Below are positions 1 to 8,678 of a stretch of 34,527 bases of DNA, one piece after another. The translations under genes and the position numbers were made by a program. Positions within the stretch are counted from its first letter, which is position 1. The number at the start of each line of letters is the position of its first letter. The notes below the pieces were generated by a model. That model was not told the DNA's origin. It saw only the letters and a program-made list of their open reading frames with translations, and searched no databases. The stretch lies in contig JBHLOI010000038.1 of assembly GCA_048940645.1 (NCBI GenBank), positions 1 through 34,527 of the forward strand, given 5' to 3'. This DNA comes from Promethearchaeota archaeon (GTDB lineage: Archaea; Asgardarchaeota; Lokiarchaeia; Sigyniarchaeales; SOKP01).

Positions 1-63
1 TAGATTTCCAAAAAGAGAGTCTGGATTTTAATAGATTTAATTAAATTAGAATAGCAAAAAAAC

Positions 64-960
64 ATGATTTGGAAAACAAAAATAACACAAATAACAGGAA
101 TTAAATATCCATTAATAATGGGTGCATTTGGTGGCTGGGGTAAATCCGATTTTGCATCTAGTTTTTCAAATTCAGGTGGTTTGGGAATGATTGCCGCTTT
201 AAATTTTCCAGATCTAAATGACTTTAAAAATGATATAAAAAAAATGAAAACACTAACGAATAAACCTTTTGGTATAAATCTTTCTTTGCCTCATCATAGA
301 TTAAAAGATATTGATGAAGATGAAAAGACTATAGAACGATATTTAAATTATGTTGAGATTGCTCTTGAAGAAGATTGCAAGATATTTACTACTTCTGGTT
401 ACAAAGCATCATTTATTGGGAGAAGAGTTCATGATTCTGGGGGAAAATGGTTCCATAAATGTGTTTTAGTCAAGCATGCGGTTTCAGCTGAAAGAGAAGG
501 AGCTGATAGTGTTACAATAGTAGGTTTAGAAGGAACTGGGTTTAAAAATCCTCTTTCAAATCCTACATTGATTAATATCACGATGGCTAGAAAGCTACTA
601 AAAATTCCAATAATTGCTGCAGGAGGAATTGGTGATGCAAGAGGCTTTTTAGCTGCTTTAGCGATGGGTGCTGATGCGGTGTGCCTTGGTACTGCTTTAA
701 TGGCAACTAAAGAATGCCCAGTTCCTCAAAAGATTAAAAATAAATGGGTTAACATCGATATTTTTGATGAGGAATTTTATAAGAAAATATATCATTACAA
801 TATCAAGAATTTTATGGCTCCATCTACAGCAATTGGGCATAGAAGCAAAATCATACCACTTAAATTGTTAATTGACGAAATTATTAATGATGCTGAAAAT
901 ATTTTACACTCCTGGGGATTTAATAACTCAGAAATCAATACTATTATTCATAAATTTTAA
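64..960 (+). CDS. Nitronate monooxygenase / enoyl-ACP reductase II (FabK-like) family flavoprotein
   Basis: N-terminal TKITQITGIKYPLIMG, TNKPFGINL, and the FMN-phosphate motif IPIIAAGGIGDARGFLAALAMGADAVCLGT typical of the NMO family. Confidence 0.88.
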   Translation: MIWKTKITQITGIKYPLIMGAFGGWGKSDFASSFSNSGGLGMIAALNFPDLNDFKNDIKKMKTLTNKPFGINLSLPHHRLKDIDEDEKTIERYLNYVEIALEEDCKIFTTSGYKASFIGRRVHDSGGKWFHKCVLVKHAVSAEREGADSVTIVGLEGTGFKNPLSNPTLINITMARKLLKIPIIAAGGIGDARGFLAALAMGADAVCLGTALMATKECPVPQKIKNKWVNIDIFDEEFYKKIYHYNIKNFMAPSTAIGHRSKIIPLKLLIDEIINDAENILHSWGFNNSEINTIIHKF

Positions 961-1111
961 TACATCATCTTTTTACCCGAAATTCTGGTAATAATTGAAA
1001 TTTAAACTGATTCTAAAATTCAAAATATTTATAGGACTTAGGCTAATAGATTAAATATTAATTAATTTGCTTTTTAAAATTTAAAAAATCTAAATACAAA
1101 AGTGTTAAAAA

Positions 1112-3202
1112 ATGGCTGTTCCATTAATTTTAATTGTTGCATTAGTTGCCGGAGTATTCTCAATAGTAATGGCTTTATACTTTAGATATCTAGTCTTAAA
1201 AGAAGATCCTGGAAATGAGAGAATGCAGGAAGTTGCTGGTTACATTGAAGAAGGCGCTAAGACTTACCTTAAAGTTCAATATAAAATTTTATTCATATTT
1301 GTCTTAGGACTTTTTATTGTACTTTTATTATTTTTACCCTCTGAGTTAACAGGTAATCTTGTTCCAGTTACTACTGGAAGACTAAACTGGGAACAAGCAA
1401 TGGCTTACATAATTGGTGCTATTGGATCAATGGTAGCAGGATGGTTAGGTATGTATGTTGGAGTAAAAGCTAATACTAGAGCAGCTCAAGGATGTACAAT
1501 AGGGACTAAAAAAGGATTTGATATTGCCTTTTTTGGAGGGTCTGTTATGGGATTAGCAGTTGTTGGTGTTGCTTTGATTGGTGTATCCACACTTTATTGG
1601 ATATTTGAAACCCCTGCAATAGTATTAGGTTTTAGTTTTGGAGCAAGTAGTATTGCTCTTTTTATGAAATGTGGCGGGGGTATATATACTAAAACTGCCG
1701 ATGTTGGTGCTGATTTGGTAGGAAAAGCAGAATATAACCTACCAGAAGATGATCCAAGAAATCCAGCGACAATAGCTGATAATGTTGGTGATAATGTTGG
1801 AGATATAGCAGGAATGGGCTCAGATCTCTTCGATTCATATGTAGCTTCCATTGTTGCTGCAATGATATTAGCAGCAGCCTTAGTTATTGGAGGTGCTCAA
1901 GCATCATTTGTTATTTATCCTATTGTCTTATGTGGGGTAGGTTTATTAGCATCTCTGATAGGCATTTTCCTTATTAAATGGAAAGGATCTGAAGACCCAG
2001 GAAAGTCATTAAATTTAGGAACTTACTTAGCTACTTTTATTTTTGCCGGACTTGCAGCAATAATTGCCTTGCTAATGATGATAGATCTAGATCCTGCTTA
2101 TGGTGAAAAAATATGGCGAGGTTATTTTGCTGTGTTATTAGGTCTTGCTAGCGGTCTAGTAATTGGTTTTACTAGTGATTACTTCACAAGAGATGATCGA
2201 AAACCAACACGTAACATGGCTCATGCTGCTCAAGAAGGACATGCCGTTGTAATTCTTTCTGGATTTTCATATGGGCTTATAAGTGTAGTTCCACCTGCTA
2301 TAGGAATAGTGATCGCTATGATTTTATCATATATTTTAGATGGTGTTTTTGGCGTAGCAATGGCTGCTGTTGGAATGTTAGCTATTGTAGGAACTATTGT
2401 TTCTAACGATGCGTATGGTCCAATCGTTGATAATAGTAGAGCAATAGCAGAACAAGGAGATTTAGGTGAAGATATTATTCGTACAGCTGATAAATTAGAT
2501 TCAGCGGGAAATACAGCGAAAGCAATTACGAAAGGATTTGCCATTGGCGCTGCAAACCTAACTGTATTAGCATTATTATTTTCATTTGTAGAGGATGCGG
2601 GAATTTCAGCTGTTGGCATAGATCTTCTTAGTGTGAAAGTGTTGATTGGTGCTTTCTTGGGGGTAGTAGTGCCAGCATTATTTTCTGCATTATTAATTTT
2701 GGCCGTTCAAAGAAATGCAGCTAAAATGGTAGATGAAATTAGACGTCAATTTGAATCTAATCCAAAAATATTATCTGGTGAGGAAGCTGCTGATTTCAGC
2801 AGAACTATTGATATTGCAACAAAAGGTTCATTAAGAGAATTAGTTTTTCCAAGTATAATTTCAATTGCGATTCCAATAGTTGTAGGGATTTTATTTGGAG
2901 TTGCAGCTTTGGGAGCATTTCTAGCAGGCGCAATTTTATCTGGATTTGTATTTGCAGTTATGATGTCTAATGCTGGCGGAGCTTGGGATAATGCTAAAAA
3001 GTGGATTGAAGACGGGAACTTAGGCGGAAAAGGAACTGATACTCATAAAGCTAGCATTACCGGAGATACTGTGGGAGATCCCTTTAAAGATACAGCAGGT
3101 CCTAGCATTAATACCTTATTAGTTGTAATGTCATTAACAGCATCTATATTTATGAGATTTCTATTGCTATTCAATGCTGGAGCTGGTTTATTTTTACTGT
3201 AA
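1112..3202 (+). CDS. hppA: Membrane-bound cation-translocating pyrophosphatase, K+-independent signature
   Basis: GGGIYTKTADVGADLVGKAE, EDDPRNPATIADNVGDNVGD, DAYGPIVDN, GGAWDNAKK and GDTVGDPFKDTAGPS motifs; many TM helices; GNTAKA has Lys at the K+-dependence determinant. Confidence 0.97.
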   Translation: MAVPLILIVALVAGVFSIVMALYFRYLVLKEDPGNERMQEVAGYIEEGAKTYLKVQYKILFIFVLGLFIVLLLFLPSELTGNLVPVTTGRLNWEQAMAYIIGAIGSMVAGWLGMYVGVKANTRAAQGCTIGTKKGFDIAFFGGSVMGLAVVGVALIGVSTLYWIFETPAIVLGFSFGASSIALFMKCGGGIYTKTADVGADLVGKAEYNLPEDDPRNPATIADNVGDNVGDIAGMGSDLFDSYVASIVAAMILAAALVIGGAQASFVIYPIVLCGVGLLASLIGIFLIKWKGSEDPGKSLNLGTYLATFIFAGLAAIIALLMMIDLDPAYGEKIWRGYFAVLLGLASGLVIGFTSDYFTRDDRKPTRNMAHAAQEGHAVVILSGFSYGLISVVPPAIGIVIAMILSYILDGVFGVAMAAVGMLAIVGTIVSNDAYGPIVDNSRAIAEQGDLGEDIIRTADKLDSAGNTAKAITKGFAIGAANLTVLALLFSFVEDAGISAVGIDLLSVKVLIGAFLGVVVPALFSALLILAVQRNAAKMVDEIRRQFESNPKILSGEEAADFSRTIDIATKGSLRELVFPSIISIAIPIVVGILFGVAALGAFLAGAILSGFVFAVMMSNAGGAWDNAKKWIEDGNLGGKGTDTHKASITGDTVGDPFKDTAGPSINTLLVVMSLTASIFMRFLLLFNAGAGLFLL

Positions 3203-3359
3203 ACCTTCAAAAAACTATTAAAACTAAATACAATTAATTTTTTTTATTATCTTTTGTAACCATGAAAAACAAGAAGAACAATTAATTAATTTTTTATTGC
3301 TAGTGGGTAAAATTATTATTTTTTAATTATTATAATTTCTATTATTTTCAATTAATAAA

Positions 3360-4148
3360 ATGAAGAGTAAATTGTATACAACAGATAAGAAATCATTATT
3401 AAGCATTATCGAGAGAAATTTGGATGATTTTTATGGGAAATGTTCAAATCATCCTAATTTTAATTCGCACCGCAGCGATAAGATCAACTGGATACAATCA
3501 AAATATGCAGATTGGCCAGATTGTATATTTAATGTAAATTTTGAGGGTTTAAATATCGGAGCCGAAATTTTGCAGGTGAAAGCTCTGATCAGAGAAATGA
3601 AAGCCCCAAATGGTTGGACAGTTGGTCCTTTAACAAAACCTCCGAATTTAGGAAAGATGCTTGAAGATTATAACTTTTCTAATGTTTATTATCAAGCAGG
3701 AATGGCCTTAGATCTTAAAAGTTTAGAGTTTAACAATTTAGGATCAAATAAATTAGAAATAAAAATTGTAAATAACGATAGAATGCTTAAACAATGGAAA
3801 AATACGGTTTCATCAGTATTTAAAATTAAAATTGATTTTGAATTACTTAAATATTTATTGATCGAAAAAGAATCAAGATTTTACCTTGGCTTTTATAATG
3901 GAGAACCAATCTCAAGTTTATTATTATATCTTTCTTCAGGAGTTGCAGGATTACATGCAGTATCCACGCTGCCCGAATATAGAAATAAAGGCTTTGGTTT
4001 AGCAATAAGTGGAGTAGCCTTAAAAGAGGCATACAAAATGGGATATAAAATTGGTGTCCTGCAAGCTTCAGAATTGGGAGAATATGTATATAGAAAGTTA
4101 GGATTTAAAAAATACTGTGATATTTTTTCTTATGAGCTACAAGAGTGA
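3360..4148 (+). CDS. GNAT family N-acetyltransferase
   Basis: C-terminal VAGLHAVSTLPEYRNKGFG (acetyl-CoA binding motif A) and LQASELGEYVYRKLGF (motif B). Confidence 0.92.
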   Translation: MKSKLYTTDKKSLLSIIERNLDDFYGKCSNHPNFNSHRSDKINWIQSKYADWPDCIFNVNFEGLNIGAEILQVKALIREMKAPNGWTVGPLTKPPNLGKMLEDYNFSNVYYQAGMALDLKSLEFNNLGSNKLEIKIVNNDRMLKQWKNTVSSVFKIKIDFELLKYLLIEKESRFYLGFYNGEPISSLLLYLSSGVAGLHAVSTLPEYRNKGFGLAISGVALKEAYKMGYKIGVLQASELGEYVYRKLGFKKYCDIFSYELQE

Positions 4149-4182
4149 TTGAGGTATAATTTACCCCAAATTAAAACGAGTT

Positions 4183-5868
4183 TTAGCTATTTGATACTTT
4201 TTTTGTTACTTTTCTTTTAAGGTAAATATTCCTAACTAGACTTATCAACCCAAGTCCCATAAGAAATCCTCCTGGAATAACCATTCCAAGTTTTATGGAG
4301 TTTGCAAATGAAGTAGAATCTATAGGTAAATTCATTTCCTCTTGGGCTAGATACGGCATTATATAATCTCTAAAAGTTGGTAACCAACTCAAAATCATAT
4401 CCATTGTTTCATATTGCAATGAATTAACAATTTGTAAATTATTTGCCGCAGTTGAAGTTGGATTTATAATTGCTAAATACCATTTCTTTAGGCCCTCATC
4501 ATTTACCAAGGAATATTCATTTGTGACATCCCAAAGAGATTCAGCTGATTCTAAAGACATATTGCTAGGAATTACAGGTAAACCTTTACCTTGATATCCC
4601 ACTTCAAATCCATAAATTATACCTGCTTTTAAAGGGAGTGGAAATCCATAAGGATATATAACTTCTCCTAATGCGGTACCATTTGCCCATTGTTCTAAGA
4701 ATAATACTCTTGCATATTCAGTAATATTCATACCTACACCTTCTGGAGGGGGTAGTATCATAAGTTCAGGAACGATATTATCCTTAAAAGATTCTTCGAA
4801 TAACCAATAGAGAATCATATCCATTTGAGTCTGTGTTAGGTTGAATACATTCATCAATGTATCCTTAATAGTAGTATTTGTATAAGCATTAATCCACAGG
4901 TCAAATCCAGTTTCATTGGTTAGAGCATTCGGATAATTAATGTCATCAAAGAGCGCTATAGCTACTTTTCGAGTAATATTAGATGGTGTTATACGGCCCA
5001 CTTCGAATCCAACAAGATTTTCGTTTATATCTTCGAGCATTTCACTAAAATCGATTCCTCCTGGATATTGGACTTTACCTAATATTGTACCGTTAGCCCA
5101 CTGTTCCATGAAAAGAGCTTGAGCAATAGCATTAACTGAAAGAAGTCCTGCTAATTCTGGCATATAATCTACGTGTAAGTTATTTTGAATTATAATAGGG
5201 ATAATTAAATCAATTAAGTAATCACATACGTAATCATTTAATTTAGTTAACTGATCCCATGTACAATTATAATTTTCTTGCATTGTTTCCATTAATTCAT
5301 TAGTCTCGCTTGAATTCGCGGTATAATACTGATTTAAAAACGTTGTAACTCCTGCTCCTGTTGAAGTATCATTAAGAAAGCCTTGAATACCAGGAATATA
5401 ACCTGGAACTATAGTGCTGTTACCAAATAATATTCTATTTTGAGCATCTACAGTAAAATTAAGAGGTTCAGTATGATAATGTGATATACCACTAAAAACG
5501 ACCCAAACTCCGATCGTGTCATTATTAAAAAAATTTTCTATCCCAATAGGAGGAAAATATGTACTTGAAATATTTCCACCATCTAATGCCATAACTTTAA
5601 TTAATACAGCTACAAATGTAGCTTCAACCATATCTTCTACAAATGAAATTCCTACATTTCTAATTCCTCTAAGAGCTTGTGGAATCCCCTTCTCTTTAAT
5701 CAGTGGTTCAATTAATGGAATCGCTTCTTCCTCAATGCCTAATAGCCCTTCATCAACAGATTTAGCAACCGTATCGTTAATATAATTCTCAATTAAAATT
5801 CCTCCAGGAACTAAACCTGAACCAACAGCAAATAATATAATAGAAATAATTAAAATTTTTTTAGACAT
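4183..5868 (-). CDS. Membrane protein with N- and C-terminal TM helices and an internally repeated extracellular domain
   Basis: Hydrophobic helices at both termini, many N-x-S/T sequons, and a duplicated LF.EQWANGT..G...YP.G....GFEVG....PSN motif about 137 aa apart. Confidence 0.8.
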   Translation of the reverse strand: MSKKILIISIILFAVGSGLVPGGILIENYINDTVAKSVDEGLLGIEEEAIPLIEPLIKEKGIPQALRGIRNVGISFVEDMVEATFVAVLIKVMALDGGNISSTYFPPIGIENFFNNDTIGVWVVFSGISHYHTEPLNFTVDAQNRILFGNSTIVPGYIPGIQGFLNDTSTGAGVTTFLNQYYTANSSETNELMETMQENYNCTWDQLTKLNDYVCDYLIDLIIPIIIQNNLHVDYMPELAGLLSVNAIAQALFMEQWANGTILGKVQYPGGIDFSEMLEDINENLVGFEVGRITPSNITRKVAIALFDDINYPNALTNETGFDLWINAYTNTTIKDTLMNVFNLTQTQMDMILYWLFEESFKDNIVPELMILPPPEGVGMNITEYARVLFLEQWANGTALGEVIYPYGFPLPLKAGIIYGFEVGYQGKGLPVIPSNMSLESAESLWDVTNEYSLVNDEGLKKWYLAIINPTSTAANNLQIVNSLQYETMDMILSWLPTFRDYIMPYLAQEEMNLPIDSTSFANSIKLGMVIPGGFLMGLGLISLVRNIYLKRKVTKKVSNS

Positions 5869-6057
5869 AAACTACAATTAGTAATTAATGATCAACAATA
5901 ATATTGATCAATATTTTATTATAATGAATATTTGATAAATTAATATTTAAATATTTCATTCAAAAATTACTAAATTTTTTTCAGTATTTTAGAAGACTTG
6001 TTTGGATATATAACGTTACAAATAAAGGCTTGAAGGTGTTATATATAAAATAAGAGA

Positions 6058-6390
6058 AGATGAGTGATATATATACCCACCTTTCTGTAGTATTTTCTGT
6101 CGCCAAAAAATACTTGAGGCATCAAACTATGCGGCCTACCCAAAGCTCGCTCCAAGATCCTCATCGCTTTCATTTGGCCTTACACCAAGGTTTTTAGCTC
6201 GTTCCAACCTTTCCTTTAAACAATTTCTCTGGCTTAATTCCAAGTCATTAATATATGTAAAAAGGCAGTGCCGTTTCAGTTGCTAAAATGCGGTTCTCAC
6301 CGTAATAGCTTTTGCTACACCTTGCTTGGAGTGTGAGGTGAGGTTCCTCAGCAGGTCATGCCCACCGTCAGCCTCATATATCACTCGTCT
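6058..6390 (-). ncRNA. rnpB: Archaeal RNase P RNA (type A-like)
   Basis: On the minus strand, terminal helix P1 AGACGAGUGAUAUAU/AUAUAUCACUCAUCU; CR-I GAGGAACCUCACCU pairs with CR-V ACAGAAAGGUGGGUA (P4 with bulged U); CR-II-like GCAACUGAAACG; P6 CUCCAAG/CUUGGAG; P8 UAGC-AAAA-GCUA; P9 CGGU-GAGA-ACCG; P19-like hairpin with GCGA loop at 6089-6114; GC-richer than the flanks. Confidence 0.93.
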
Positions 6391-6410
6391 GATTTTTAAT
6401 AGGAAGGTTT

Positions 6411-6428
6411 ATTATAAAAAATTTTTCT
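6411..6428 (-). promoter_or_regulatory. Probable BRE/TATA promoter of rnpB
   Basis: Minus strand purine-rich run followed by TTTATAAT about 21-28 nt upstream of the predicted RNA 5' end (6390). Confidence 0.5.
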
Positions 6429-6457
6429 TAGAAATAATAATTCAATTTTCTAAATTT

Positions 6458-7654
6458 TCAGACATTCAGCTTGAAATTAACAAAATAGCTCTCAAAATTA
6501 GGATCATATTTAGATGGGATTTTTCTCAAATCTTTAAAGAATTGTTCACTTCTTATATAATTCACGTATTCTTTTTTAAAAAACCAACCTCTTGGAAGTC
6601 TAAAAATGAAATTCCAAGCTCTAGGAATTTTAATGTCTTTTAAATGAGAAGATACTTTTTTACAGCAATTTTGCCAAAAATAAAATATTTTAGGATCCAT
6701 TTTTTCTTCATGATTAATTGGCTCTCGCTTAAAAGAACCTGAAGCTAATAACATAACTAATGGTAAGCTATATTTAAATTGAATAACTATATGTTTATCT
6801 TCCAGTGATTTGGCAAAATGATTCCAATCTATACCTATTTGAGCTAACGCTTCATCAATTTTTGAAAAATATAAGTCAATGGTTAAATCTGGACTTGTTT
6901 CTATAAATTGAAAAATTCTTAACGCACATGAAACGCGCCATTTTAGATTATTCTTGTCTAGATTAGAAAGAGCATTAAATAATGCAAAACTACGTTCTTC
7001 AAACTCAAACGACCTAGTTTTATCAAAAATATCTGACAAATTCAATCGGATCTTATCATAATTCCTAAAATAATGATCATAAATCTTTGAATAATCATAA
7101 CCCCAGATATCAACTAACGTGAAAGCATTTAAAATGTGAAAGAATATTGAAATATCCTCAGTAGATTGCCATAAAATCTGTAATTTTTTATCATTAAATA
7201 TTGAAATCGCCCCATAATAGCTGGATTCACCTGTATAAATAGTACCTGGGAGTAAGTGATATTTTATAGCTCCATAAAGAATTATTTGTTGCTCTAAAGT
7301 TAATTGAAATTTAGATAATAAATTTTTTTCTCTAATCATATTAGCTGATTCAAAAGTATGCCACTCTTTATTGAATGGTCTACCAATATCATGAAATAAA
7401 AGAAGAAGTGGAAAAATTTGCGAATTATATTGATAAATTTTATTTAAGTTGTTCTTTAGATGAGATATATTTTCACTTTTGATCTCCACCTCAAACCGAT
7501 TATTCATTATTGCATAATAAACCCATAGTGAACGAAAAATATGCCTTAATGTCCTCAAAGATTCGGAGCGATCATAGTTTATGCCTTTTAATATAAAATT
7601 CCCCCAACCTGGTACTTGCTTACTAATTTTATTAAATTCTAAGGAATGTAACAA
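6458..7654 (-). CDS. HD-domain-containing protein (putative metal-dependent phosphohydrolase); start codon uncertain
   Basis: LLLLFHDIGRP...WHTFESA...KYHLL motif spacing of the HD superfamily; TTG start in the ORF track. Confidence 0.6.
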   Translation of the reverse strand: MLHSLEFNKISKQVPGWGNFILKGINYDRSESLRTLRHIFRSLWVYYAIMNNRFEVEIKSENISHLKNNLNKIYQYNSQIFPLLLLFHDIGRPFNKEWHTFESANMIREKNLLSKFQLTLEQQIILYGAIKYHLLPGTIYTGESSYYGAISIFNDKKLQILWQSTEDISIFFHILNAFTLVDIWGYDYSKIYDHYFRNYDKIRLNLSDIFDKTRSFEFEERSFALFNALSNLDKNNLKWRVSCALRIFQFIETSPDLTIDLYFSKIDEALAQIGIDWNHFAKSLEDKHIVIQFKYSLPLVMLLASGSFKREPINHEEKMDPKIFYFWQNCCKKVSSHLKDIKIPRAWNFIFRLPRGWFFKKEYVNYIRSEQFFKDLRKIPSKYDPNFESYFVNFKLNV

Positions 7655-7806
7655 CTTTTCACCTGGCCTATCACAGAATTCTAAGCTAAGCTTTTGAAAA
7701 ATATCATTAAGATTTTTTTCGAAATGAATTATCTTTTTCCCTCGCTTTATTCTATTGGAAACATCTAAAAAAAGACTTTATAAATGATATATTTTTGATT
7801 TGAATC

Positions 7807-8013
7807 CTAACCGCCTAATACTAAGTTTGCAAAATAGTTAAAATCTCTATTATAAGATTTTTCTGCATCTTTTGATATTTTCGCAAAAACACAGCCAGGT
7901 AATTCGTCCATTTGCAAATGGTATTCTATACATTCACAACATTTACCTCTTCTCGAACAACTATATGTACAATCACAATTTTCTTTTAATCTCTCTTGAT
8001 TACATTCAACCAT
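7807..8013 (-). CDS. Small Cys-rich protein (DUF6485-like)
   Basis: CDCTYSCSRRGKCCECIEYH...ELPGC...AEKSYNR pattern matches my recollection of this small conserved family. Confidence 0.7.
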   Translation of the reverse strand: MVECNQERLKENCDCTYSCSRRGKCCECIEYHLQMDELPGCVFAKISKDAEKSYNRDFNYFANLVLGG

Positions 8014-8561
8014 ATTTTCTCATCAGTACTAAAATGTCTTTGACAGTTAGATGATCAGAATTAATTATTCTTTAAAAGAATTAATTTTTAAAAAATTAGA
8101 ATAAAAGAAATGTTTATAAAGAACGATAAACAGAATTAGAAAACTTTTTGATTATTTTGATTAAGGATTTAGAGTTTAAAAAGTAAATTTTGACTCTTAA
8201 TCGACTAAACTGAAAAGGATTTCTTCAGCACCTCATTTAGGGCATTTTTCAGGTATATTATCTAAATTTAAGGTTTCTCCACATATATAATATTTCCAAA
8301 GGTTGTTCCTTCTAGAATTTAATTAAAAACTTTATTAAGATGAAAAGAATGTCAATAAAAAATTTTATATGTTATTTTTTTTATAAAAGTTAATAACCAA
8401 TTTAAGCAGAGATTTTAAAAAAAATTTATCTCCTTAATTTAATTGCCACAATCCTCTATAATTCCATCAGAAATCTATAAAAATTGTCAATTCTTTATAA
8501 TTTGATTCTAACCTTTGAAAAGTTAGAATTTCCTTTTTCTCCTATGAAAAAGTGGGACGTA

Positions 8562-8577
8562 CGACAAAATATATAAA
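8562..8577 (+). promoter_or_regulatory. Probable BRE/TATA promoter of the large surface protein A gene
   Basis: CGACAAAA followed by TATATAAA; GAGGA Shine-Dalgarno-like site at 8666-8670 before ATG 8679. Confidence 0.45.
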
Positions 8578-8678
8578 CATTCCAATAATTCTTTATTAAT
8601 GAATTAACAAATCCAATACGGTCTCTAAAAGTGGTTTTAATGCGGGGTCTGTTACCTTTAGCAATGAGGAAAATAACA

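Noticed and set aside
2-31. Possible 3' end of an upstream gene (RFPKRESGF*)
   Set aside because: Too short to support or identify
1594-2619. Minus-strand ORFs 1594-1851 and 2230-2619
   Set aside because: Antisense shadows of hppA
6326-6643. 105-aa + strand ORF
   Set aside because: Antisense to the RNase P RNA and the HD gene; no protein-like features
8210-8252. CTGAAAA...TTTTCAG inverted repeat in the long 8014-8678 intergenic region
   Set aside because: Short, A/T-rich stem with no recognisable RNA family or IS-end features
8544-8576. Short uORF MKKWDVRQNI upstream of gene A
   Set aside because: Overlaps the putative BRE/TATA and would lie upstream of the transcription start; likely chance
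8631-8678. GTG start for surface protein A
   Set aside because: ATG 8679 has a GAGGA SD at a suitable distance and gives a more normal signal-like N-terminus
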